This document shows, piece after piece, positions 52,749 to 64,000 of a stretch of 64,000 bases of DNA. This stretch comes from Camelus ferus (lineage: Eukaryota). The translations under genes and the position numbers were made by a program. The stretch spans positions 49,726,001-49,790,000 of the forward strand of contig NC_045697.1 in the NCBI RefSeq assembly GCF_009834535.1. Direction: 5' to 3'. The notes beneath the pieces are model-generated. The model did not search any database, was not told the DNA's origin, and saw only the letters and a list, made by a program, of their open reading frames with translations. Position 1 is the stretch's first letter. Each line of letters opens with the position of its first letter.

Positions 52749-55700
52749 ATTGTTTTAGACTGACTTTTGAGTTAAGGAGAGAGTCATGAAAAAGAGGTCT
52801 CTTTTATTGTAAAAAGTGATTTACTTTGCCATTTAGAAATGCTAATGGCTGCAGTTTTTCACTGTTGTTGTTACTATTGTTGGAATTAAACTTTATCGAT
52901 GAATTAGAATTTCTAAAGTTAATTCCCGGCATTTTATTACCTGTATTTCTCAAAGATATCAGCTAGATTTGAGAGTCAAGACCAATCTTCAGAGAAAAAC
53001 TAATATCAGTTAGGATTCAGGCAGGAAAACAAATTATTCTAGGTGTTTCAAACAGAACAGTATTTAATATGGGGAATAAGCTGTCTACCAAAATCATTAA
53101 GAGGAATGAAGAAGCCAAAGTCAAGAGGACAACCATAGCTATGGTCCACTGGAGAACCCAGAGAGATTCTGATGCCTCCCAGAGGCTAGGGACTGACAGG
53201 AAATCACTGCTGACCTCATAGCCTCTCTGCAGCCCTTAAAGGGGGTGAATTTCAAGGGAACATGGAACCTATTTTTAAAACCTTCGTTTGTGAAGCCCAC
53301 ATGTCTGCTAAAGCTAGCAGAGGAGGAAGAGTAATTCCATCCCTTTTCTGCCTTCTAAGTCTTGCATGAGTGTAACTCCTTGTTGTAGACTAAACCATAC
53401 CCAGTACCCAGCTGGCAACTGAATATGTGACATTTAGTTCCCAGGCTTTCTGCCCCTGGGAGATAATAAGGGATAACAGAGAAGGGGACAGAAGAATGTG
53501 CAGGGCCAATAGACAATTTATGGTTATTGCTCATTTTATATGCTTAGTCCCCAGCATCCTAATTTTATTTCTCAGCACTTGTAACTGTGAATCGTGATGT
53601 TTGTGAGCTGGATGTTTCTAACTAATCAGCTGTAATTAGGCTTTTGTCTTTGAGTGGCTCTGTATATCAAATAGAGAAAATTCATGATCATATGCACAAT
53701 GGATTGTTTGATTTTACGTCGACTAAAAGTCAGCATGTATTTAGTTAAAGCTGGGGACCCGAGACTCAGTGATGACAATGCCATTAACTGTCTGGGATGG
53801 TAGAATAACAATGGCAGCAGTGATCGTGATGACGATAATGACCGTCCCTCAGCACAGTCATAGGTAGTGCTGTTCCTGTATGATGGATAAAGGCACTGAG
53901 ATACCAAGTGGTTAAATATATTTCCCATTTCAAACAGCAGAACCAGGACTTGAATCTCAAACTACTCTTAAACAGTACAAAACACACAAAAATTCTAACA
54001 GTTATACAGGATTTTTATTCATTTGTCAGTTTATTCTAAATTATTTTATTGGGTTCCATTAAAGTATGAGTTTTCTCTGACCCTCCTTTCTTTTACCTTT
54101 GTATTTTGTGATAAAATTAGTGGCTAGAATTTATTGAGCACTTTCTATATGCCAGACAACATGCTATAGGATTTGCAGGTAATACATCATTTAATACCAG
54201 CAACTCAATTTTTCTCTCTGCTTTGTTGTCTTCTTGCTATGTTGACCTGCTTATTCTGCCTCCCAGCTCATCGTGAAAAAACCCTTGATTGAGCGGAGTT
54301 GCTGGGTCCCCATTCAAAATTTGCTGAAGGGGGACCTGATTGGCTGGGCTTTGCTTAACTATTCTCCCTTAGTCTAACTAATGAGTCAAAAGAAGCAATT
54401 TAAATAATATGACTGAAATAGGAGTAACTTCCTTTGTATTTTTTACCTGCTCTTCTATCATATATGGGTAACTTCCTCAACTCTTCTGCCTCTCAAAATA
54501 ATTTAAAAAATGCTTTTACTGCTCCATAATCATGTTACAGCTCTTAACCTGGTAAAGCAATAAAGTTAACTACTTTGTTTAAGGATGTTCCCAATCCGGG
54601 TGTCCTGAGACGACCTCTTGGGTTTGGCCAGTGTAAGTACCTTTTATTGTTCCTGTCTTTTATATATAAAACTCAATTAGACTCAGTGGCTTTGTTCTAT
54701 TTTCCCAGTACTCTTGCATTCTGTTCACATACAATTTTTTAATGATACTTTATCAGTTTGTCTTTAGATAGAGTGAACTATATGGTTCTAGAAGGCAAGG
54801 GCTATGTTTTACTTGTCTTTACCGTTTTAATGCTGGTGCATAATACACTGTCCATAAACATGTGCTGAATGAAAGAATGAATGGCACTACATTTTCTTTC
54901 CAAAAAAAGAAAGGTTTTATATTTTTGTAGTCCTTTGTCTCTATCACCTGTTCTGTGATCCTTTTCTAACCTACCAGTATTTTTTTTTAAATAATTTGGG
55001 CTTTGGACTGTCTTTCTTAGGTGGAAAAATATTCACTTAAGATAATTTTTAAATACTCAAAATTCATTCATGTAAGTGATGAGACTTGGCTGTAGAATTG
55101 CACATTCCCTCTGGAAGGACTTCTCAGCAGGGATCATCCCATAGAAATGCTCTACAGTTGGTTCCTCTGAAGGGAGCCTGTAAACTAGAGAACACTGATT
55201 CAATCCCCTGTTGATCTCTGTCTTGTCAAGGGTTTCTAAACTGAATTATGCAACCATCTCTTACTGTCTGGTCTGGCTACTCTAAGCTTTCTTCTCAGCT
55301 GTGTTTCTGGGCATGATTATGCCTAGAAAAAATTCAGGATGGAGTGGCCAATTCAAAGTCTGCTGCCATACATAAGTTTAGCTACAGAAGAGGATGTTTT
55401 GGCCTATTTCCCTGACTGCAGGATCAGATTAACTGAACAGAAGTCAAATCTCTGCTCCACATTATGCTATGACACTAAAACTCAGGAGTGAAATAACATT
55501 CCTGACAATTTTGGAGGTTTGAAACCTCGACAGCAAAGATTGAAAACTAATAGTCCAAATTCTTCTGCAGTTTAATGCCATAAAAATTAAGCTGAACTTT
55601 CAACTAAGGGATTCTAATATAATCTCTTGTGCTAGCTTTGTTGTTAAGGAATGAGTTTAACTGATTCATATATTATATGTAAATCGACCAGGTTGGGATT

Positions 55701-56269
55701 GCTGTATTAGTACTATGAAGAAATTGACTTATTTCATCCTCAAAGTAAGGAAATTTCCATCTAGACCAGTAAATTAAATTATTTTCCTGGTTTATATCAA
55801 ACATATGATATTAATTGTCAGTGATCATTTTATGTTGAAAGACATGGCTCTATTGTTTTTTAAATTAATTAATTAATTTTTCCTTATATGTAAAACAAAT
55901 TCTGATTATATTGTACTCAATTGTACTTCAAATGGATTGTGATGAGCTCTTTTTTTTTAGGATTAGTTTTTTTTAAATCATTTTTCAGTTTTATTAGGTA
56001 CAATTTGACTGCACATATACAATATATTGTATGTAAATACATATATACAATATACTGCACATACTTAAAAAAATTTACATATATGTACTGTTCATTGTTT
56101 CTAAGAACTATTTAGAGCTTTAGCTTTTTAAACTTACATAGTTATCAGAAGAATAAAGCCAATCACAAGATAAGAATCAACAGAATACAGTAATCCAATC
56201 ATAAAGGACAGTCAAATGGGCTTACACATATTCAAGAAATCAATCATCTAAGTTATAAATAATAAGTAG

Positions 56270-57040
56270 TTTATTTGTGTCCCTTTTTTTAGATTCCGTG
56301 TATAAGCAATATCATATGGCATTTTTCTTTCTCTTTCTGGCTTACTTCAGTTAGAATGACGATCTCCAGGTCCATCCATGTTGCTGCAAATGGCATTATT
56401 TTATTATTTTTTATGGCTGTGTAGATACATACCACATCTTTATCTAGTCATTTGTTGATTCACCTTTGGGTTGTTTCCATGTCTTAGCTATTGTAAATAT
56501 CACTGCTGTGAACATTGGGGTGCATGTGTCTTTTTGACTTATATTTTACTTAAGGTATATGCCCAGGAGTGAGATTGCTGGATCATATGGTAAATCTATT
56601 TTTAGTTTTTTAAGGAACCTCCAGATTGTCCTCCATAGTGGTTGCACAAGTTTACATTCCCACCAGCAGTTTAGGAGGGTTCCTTTTTCTCCACACCCTC
56701 TCTAGCATTTTTCACTTGTAGACTTTTTAATGATGGCCATTCTGGCTGGCGTGAAGTGACATCTCATTGTAGTTTTGATTTGTATTTCTCTAACAATTAG
56801 TAATGGTGAGCATTTTTTTATGTGCTTCTGGCCATCTGTCTGTCTGCTTTGGAGAGATGTCTATTTAGATCTTCTGCCCATTTTTTGATTGGGTTGTTTT
56901 TTTCTTTTTGATGTTAAGTTGTATGAGCTGTTTGTATACTTTGGAAATAGTTCCTTGTCAGTTGCATCATTTGCAAATATTTTCTCCCATTCTGTAGGTT
57001 GTCTTTTTGTTTTGTTGATGGTATCCTTAGCTGTGCAAAA
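56270..57040 (-). mobile_element. L1 3' region fragment
   Basis: [27 protein letters not shown]; similar to the copies at 43-44 kb and 48-49 kb. Confidence 0.88.
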
Positions 57041-58151
57041 TGGCTCCATTGTTCAAATAGTGAAAAAAATTAATAATACAGGTAACATGTATTGAATGCT
57101 TTCTCTAAACTTTGTATACTTTATACTGTTTAATATCCCAACAACTCACAATAAAATTTTCCCCGTTTTACAGATGAAGAAACTATCTGCTCAAGGCTAA
57201 TAGTCAGTAAGCAGCATACCTACTGTCTGAACCCTCATCTGCGTGGTTTTAAAGCCTTTGCTCTTTCTAATCTCCTAGTGACTTCCTTTGCCAGTTTTTC
57301 TCCTCCCTTTTTCCCCTTTATGTTCCTTAAAAATTAAAATATAGAGATTGAATGTGTATATAACGAAATCTAGGGGTAATTTTTTGGATATGACGAAGAT
57401 AATGATATATTTACAAAACATAATTCAAAGTACAGTGATAGGAGCCTCCACTGGGGTTACAGCCAAAGTCATAGTGTTTCCAAACTAGTTATGTGCGTCC
57501 TGGGGCTGCCTTGTGTGTCCGCAGGAACTGAGAAAAGCCCGTGGGCCCTTCCGCGTCCCCCTCCTTCCGTGTCTCCACACTATCTCTTCTATGTCTAAAG
57601 GCCCCTCTCCCTTCACATCTGGGCCCTGACTTTGTCATAGGAGACCTGTTGAGGCTGTTTGTTCAGTTTTCTTTGCAGCTCTTCTACCCTTACAGTTAAA
57701 TCCTATCCCTGAATTCCAGCACAGACTGCAGGATTTAAGGGTCTCTAAACTCTACAAGGGAGATTTTATGAGTTTTACAATGCGCTTTGAATTGCTAGTT
57801 AGCTAACCAAAGCCCGTCAGTTTCTTTTGTCAAGGTTTCTAAATCTATTAAATCAAACCAGACAGCTTCACAATCATGATAATTATTCTGAGCCCCATAC
57901 TTTTAAGTGTCACCGCTGGTGCCTACTCCAATGCTCCACTTCCTTTCACTCCTTTCCTCAGCACCTCCTCCCGCCCCGCACCTCAACCCCAGGAGCATCT
58001 TTGTGGTTGCGATGCTACTGCATGCCACGGTCGTTGCCTCCTCACTCAGCAACAGCTATATGGTCCTTCTCTCCATCTGACCACAAGAGATTCCAATCCA
58101 GAGTCCCATCTCGAGGGTCTGCGTTGTAGGGTCACTTTTGGTAACTGCTAG

Positions 58152-58635
58152 CTTGGTCTAGGTTCTTCTTGAAAGCAGTGCTGGAGACAAGGTCTTGCAT
58201 TCAGGATGTTTATGTTGCACAGGGAAAGAGCCAATCCAAGGGTGCATTGTGGCCTCCAGTATGGGACCCCAGGACTTGATCCCTTCTGGGAGCTTTGAGG
58301 AGCTGTGTGAAATGTACCCCAGGATTATCTTCTTAAGGGACAGATGAGAGGAGAATTTATTTACTGCGTCTCATCCCCAGTTGGCAAAGGGCTGCTCTCT
58401 GGTGTTAACTCCCTCCCATTTCCACACATCTGTGAGATCAGAGGGGCTGGTTTGTAGCATCTTACATGGCTTGCCAGTGTCAGAAGCCTGGGGGCAGAAA
58501 GTAGGCAGCACATTTGGGATAGCTGACTTACTATGTGGTCAGTTTAAACCTGAGCATGGTTGATTGTGTCCGTAATGACTGGAGTAAAAAGGTGGGCTGA
58601 GAGCATGTGACATGGGGCACAAGAGGTGTCAGATA
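58152..58635 (-). mobile_element. LTR16-like ERVL LTR (a related copy lies at ~60885-61270)
   Basis: GGTTCTTCTTGAAAGCAGTGCTGGAGACAAGG...TTTAT, the antisense LTR16 end. Confidence 0.55.
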
Positions 58636-60279
58636 CAAATATGAACTTGTTCTATGGCCCCAACACATCATTATACGATAGCCAGACAACAAGACATTTC
58701 CTAAAGTCTAGATTAGTTGGTATCAAACCACACCACGTACAGGCATTCATGACACCGTCTTGTTGGGGTGCTTTAGTTCCTCCTCAGTTCCTCCCTTCAA
58801 GCATTCACAAACGTTGTGGTACAGGCTCAAAGTCACATTGAACACACAGATGTCCGGTGCTTTATCTAAACTGAGGCATATTCACATTCCTGTGGCTAGT
58901 GTCACACACATGGGTATGTCTTTGGCATGATAGTCACGTGGTTGCTAATGTTTTCTGAGGACTGTGTTGGTATAAAATGTGCTCCTCTCTGGGTCAGAGA
59001 AGACAAAAATAGACTTAATTGAACTCCAAGTTGTGAGAGAGCCCAGAACAAAGATGCGTGGCTCCAATGATGGGAGTGAATTCAGTGAGATCCACTTGGG
59101 AAGCTTTTTGTACAATTTTGTGCTCTTGGCAGGGGGAAATGAGGGGAGAGCAAAGGGGGAGAGTATGTGTTACCTGAAGTCACTCCACAGGTGATTCTGC
59201 AACACTCCACCTATTTTCTGTGGAGAACACTGAAGTGAGTCAATTTGCCCAATGGCTAGCTGGTGTTTCACAGGATGGTTGGCATCCTTCTCATTATGCT
59301 CCATCAGATTACTGCAGCAATATCCAAGGCCAGGAGAGGCCGTGTGGAATGAGGGCAGCTGTAGACAAAGGTTCTGAAACAAAGAATTGATGTGATCTGA
59401 TTAAGGAAGCCAGCAGAATACTTGCACAGACTTATGCATTAGTCAGCTTTTGAAAACCCTCAAGTGCCTTCTTGGCCTCTTGGCCACATGTACTAAAGGT
59501 CTCCTCAGTCTTCACCACTAATGGACCTGAATCTGATGCTTTCCTAAACCTGATATTGAGACTGGCAGCGGGCCGTTTCTGTACCACAGACCATCTGCGT
59601 GCACTGGGAGTCCTGCCTGCCAGCTACCCAGCCTGGGTGGCCTCCCGGGATGCTTCCTTTGGCAGACATGTCTTCCAGCTGGGCCAATTATTAGTGAGTT
59701 TCTGAATTATTTATGTCAATGCTCCGTTTCATTAGTGTGAGCTGTCATGAACTGGTGGTAATCAGAATGATTTAGCTTGGAGGAACAAAAGTGTGAAGTG
59801 CATCCTCTGTTTAATGATATGACTTGATATGACTTGTTGGGCTTTGCCATTGCTCTTAAAGCTCCTACCCACATTGTTAGGAGAAGCCATTTGGAAGGGA
59901 CCCTGGACTTGGAGTCTGGAGACCCTGGTTCCTGGACCTGCTCTCCTGCTCTGGACTCAGACTTACAGTACCTTGGTGATCACCTGTATAGTGTCCTGAT
60001 ACTGCAGTTGAGCAAACAGAGGCCCAGGGAGCTTAGTGGTAGAACCAGAATGAGAAGCCAGGTGGCAGAATTCCCCCTTTGCTCTGATCCTCATGATCTC
60101 ATGGACTGGTTGGGCATTTATTTAATGTGTCAGGATGTAAGTTAGAAGGCAGCTGTCTGCAAACTGGAAGAGAGTCCTCACCAGAAACTGGCCGTGCTGG
60201 CACCTTAATCTCGGACTTCCAGCCTCTAAAACTGGGAGAAAATGAATTTCTGGTGTTTATGCCACTCCGTCTATGGTAT

Positions 60280-60802
60280 TATTGCTAGAGAATAGGTCCT
60301 TGTCTCCCTCAGGAAATAATTCAAGAGCAAGGAATAGTAAAGTGAAAGTAAATTTATTCAGGGAAATACACACTCCATAGACAGAATGTGGGCCATCTCA
60401 GAAGGCAAGAGAGACGGCACTAAGAGATACACAATTCATAGACAGGATGCAGTCCATCTCACTCAGAAGGGAGAGTGTGGGGGTGGTTAGTTTTTATGGG
60501 CTGTGTAATTTCATACGCTAACAAGTGGGAGGATGATTCCAACCATGCTGGGGAAGGGGCGAGGGTTTCTAGGAATTGGGCCCCACCCACTTTGTGACCC
60601 TTTGCAATTAGCCTGGGAACTGTCATGGCCCTGGTGAGCATGTCATTTAGCATGCTAATGTATTACAGAGAGCGTATAATGAGGCCCAAGGTCTACAGGA
60701 AGTCGAATCTTCCACTGTCTTGATTCTAGCCAGTTTGTCCTAACCTCAACTGCTGTGTCATTCCTTCAGTGGTTGTGCCCTGCCCCCTTCCTTCCTGTCT
60801 CA
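60280..60802 (-). mobile_element. MER41-like ERV1 solo LTR nested in an MLT1 LTR (~60130-60840)
   Basis: 4-bp TSD GTAT (60276-60279 and 60803-60806); GGAACTGTCATGGC...TTAGCATGCTAATG...GCGTATAATGAG block; host MLT1 end rejoins across the insert. Confidence 0.75.
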
Positions 60803-61329
60803 GTATTCTGTTATGGCATCCCCAACAGACTAACATAAGGGGTCAGGCTAGAGAGCATAGACTATCAGAAGTGGAAGACAACTTGTCTTTGTTTGAGTCC
60901 TTCCAAAAGCAGATCCTGAGATAAGGATTAGAGTGAAAGCAGTTTGTTGGGGAGGAGAGTCCAGGAAGCAATGCTGAGGGTGTGAGGAAGTGAGACCTAA
61001 TCAATATGGCTCATCACCGTGGGCAACTGGAGTCTAGTGTCCCTGGAGAACCTCTGAAAAATGATGTGGAATGTGCCTCAGAATTTCCCTATTTAAGGCC
61101 AGGAAAGCTGTCCTGCTCGTACACCAACCACCCGCTGTCTCCGTGAAGGCACTAAGTTCCCAGCACTTCTGGCCTGCCTGGCACCTCCCAGCCTAGCAGC
61201 AGGTTTCCTGGGTCAGAGAGAGCCATCAGGGAGATGTGCGGCAAGACATGCATGGGAACTGTCTCAGGTCACCTCCAGGGTGGACCGAAGGGACAAGAAC
61301 ACAGCGCAGATGACATCTATTGCGGTGGG

Positions 61330-61485
61330 ACTCCCACACTTTAAGGTGGATGCTGAACATCTGGGGGTTTTGTGAAAATACAGATTCTGATTTGGTAGGT
61401 CTGGATGAGGCCTGAGATTCTGCATTTCTAATAAGCTCCTCGTGATGCCGGTTTGCCAGTCCATGAATCAGACTCTGAACAGAAA
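61330..61485. mobile_element. MER5A-like MITE
   Basis: CAGATTCTGATTTGGTAGGTCTGG...CCTGAGATTCTGCATTTCTAATAAGCTCC. Confidence 0.7.
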
Positions 61486-63208
61486 GAGTTGCATACTCTT
61501 TCACGAATGAACATGTGTTTACCGAACACCTGATGAGCTGGACCCTCGGGTCATCTTGTGCTTGCTGTAGGGACTAGTGAGATCAGAACAGAGGGAGCAG
61601 GTGCTGCCTCTGTTTTACAGATGATCTAAGGGTCAATCCTGCTTCCGTCGTCCAGGGTTGGAAGTGCTCACTACATAGTTGTTGTAAGAAATGGAGGAAG
61701 TGGGATTCCTGAACTGTTTCTGTCTCTTGGACAGAATTTTAGCCTATAAAAATGGCAAAACCATTAGCACAGATTTACCTCTAGCAACGTCCTAGTAGCA
61801 GCCTTAGTAGCAGCCTCTCTGGAACCATGGGAAGGTTTTCATAAAGCCTTTGCTCATGTTAATATTTTAAAATAAAAAAAGCTAGAATTGTAATAAAAAT
61901 AGCAACATTTTTGCAGTACTTCACAGCTTACAAAGTGTTTTCCACCACATTATCTCACTATGTCCTTTGCAGACTTGAGAGAAATCATCTATAAATGACA
62001 TTTAAAAATAAGCGTGTTGCACATTAGGGCAGGTACATTACACAGCTGCGTACATGATATTCCAGATTCAAGATAATGAAAAATGACCATGAAGAAGGCT
62101 GCACATAAACATACACTGCATCCCAGGGCACTCAGGTAAACTCTGCATTAGCTGAAAAGCAGTTCAGACTCATTGTTGTTGGTTTCTCACTTTTAAACTT
62201 TCCACATGGGTCTTATGAACACTTTTGCTCTTTGTGCAGATCTTCTAGTTTGACCACTTGGCTTTTCATCCTGTTGAGATGCTTTGGGCCATCTGTATGC
62301 CCACTCTCAATTCACGCACCAAAAGTGTGGCTCATACACATGGACACACCACCTGGCTGTCAACCTCCTTAATTGGATAGCCAATGGGTTCAGACAGCCA
62401 GATAAGAAAATGAAAATGAAATGGTGAAGACTTTCTTTAGGCATTGTAAAATGACCTGACTGTGAGGGCCTTTGTAAAGATTAAGCTTCATACACCCATG
62501 AACTCTAATTATATCTACCAGATGTTATTGATAGAGATTATGAATTATATCTAATTTATAATTACACCTAAGTAAAAGTGAATATTCTATTTATAATAAT
62601 ATTCAATGATTTCATTTATAATAACTTCAATAACCTTGGCATATTGAGTAAAAGGGAAGTAAATGGATATCATTCATGAATATTTTATCAGGTAGGATGC
62701 TTTTTGCTATACTAAATGGAATATTTAATCAAACCTAAAAATAAGAGTTCATGGTTTACATAGCCCAAGTCAGGAAATGACAGTTCCGAGGTTTGTTAAT
62801 CCAGTAGCACAGCTGATGTGCAGGCTCTAGGATAGCTTCTCTTTTCTGTGATTCTTTTGATTTCATTTTATGGTCACAGAATGGCTGCCACAGCTCTAAG
62901 CATCATGTCCTCACACAACTGAATTCAAACAGGAAGGAGAATGCTTTCTTTATGCTTTTTTAATTTTTTTAAATCATGGAAAAAAATCATTCTGAGAAGT
63001 CCTCAATAAGTTCCCCTCAGGTCCTTTTGACCAGAAGTGGGTCATATGTCCACTTGCACAACAATTGCTGATAAAGGAAATGGGATTAGCATGACTTAAT
63101 TATGTTTAATCTCCTAGGGCTGAGGTGGGGTCCAAACTTCTTGAGCACATTGCTCCCTCAAATCTGAACAAAATAAATATTATTAGTAAGGAAAAATGGG
63201 AAATGATG

Positions 63209-63294
63209 AGGGGAAAGGTATAGCTCAGTGGTAGAGTGCATGCTTAGTGTGCACAAGGTCCTAGGTTCAATCCTCAGTATTTCCATTAAAAAAA
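63209..63294 (+). mobile_element. tRNA-derived SINE (Vic-1-like)
   Basis: GGTATAGCTCAGTGGTAGAG...GGTTCAATCC; GGGAAATG repeated on both sides. Confidence 0.8.
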
Positions 63295-64000
63295 GGGAAA
63301 TGGCTTTTGGGGAGGAAAGCCACATTGTCTGATGCTCATATTTTCGATTATTTCTTTAGAGGTTCTTTGGTTTCCTATTAATTGAAATGGAGACACATTC
63401 AGGGGTGAGAATCAAAGTCTAAGATTGAAAACATTACCTCTTACTGTATTCTACAGAAATATAAAAATATTTTGTGGGACAAGTTGTGTTACTTGCTAGT
63501 TTGGGCTCCTTATTAAATGGAAAACTTCCTGTCCAGAGCTCAGCCCCCATATGTGTCCCCATCATACTGCTACATGCTTGGAGTCTTCAGCAGGGTAGAA
63601 GGAGAAATGGAATGGCATGAGGGCTAAAGTTACAGGAGAAGCTCTTGGAGGAATTTTTAGGGGTATTTGGAGATCGAGGGAGAGCAGAGCTGTAGGGAGG
63701 GAAGTAGACATGAGGGGAAAGAGGATTTGAACATGTGTTACTATGAGCAGGTATTCACTCCCTTTATTATTCAAAAACACAGCTAAGAATGTGGGCTAAT
63801 CGAGCATTGATGCCTGGTAGCCTGTGTCTCTTTTCAACATTGCTCTGAGGGTTGTGGCTTCAGGTGGGCACATTCTCATAACTGATATTAAGGAGTAAGC
63901 ATAATCTTTTCTCCACGGACTCCTTTCCCAACTGAAAAGCCAATCTAGACCTGTTGGTACCTCCATGCTCAAGATCATCCCAAGTTCCAAGATGGCAGCT

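Noticed and set aside
27300..64000. Numerous 60-135 aa ORFs in the distal region
   Set aside because: Mostly within repeats or with non-ATG starts; no coherent exon chain or known domain
1..64000. Prokaryote-type systems (CRISPR array, operon, defence island)
   Set aside because: The sequence is mammalian with spliced genes; no repeat-spacer array or foreign insert was seen

Overview
Mammalian genomic DNA, probably camelid (inferred from Vic-1-like tRNA-derived SINEs). Two genes sit head-to-head on a shared CpG-island promoter (~9.2-10 kb). RCHY1/PIRH2 (+ strand) is complete, with 9 coding exons from 9706 to 24445 giving 261 aa, all GT-AG introns and an intact frame. THAP6 (- strand) has a candidate non-coding exon 1 and coding exons 2-4 (8526 to 3551); its last exon lies off the left edge. 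From ~27.3 kb to the end the window is apparently intergenic and dominated by L1, L2, MIR, DNA-transposon and LTR relics. Repeat families were assigned by eye from remembered consensus sequences, and their boundaries are approximate. I found no convincing new biological system. The best leads are regulatory: a candidate THAP-domain-only terminal exon, uORFs on THAP6, a conserved PIRH2b-type cryptic acceptor with an altered outcome, a MER41-like LTR with a GAS motif, and several L1 copies broken at almost the same point.
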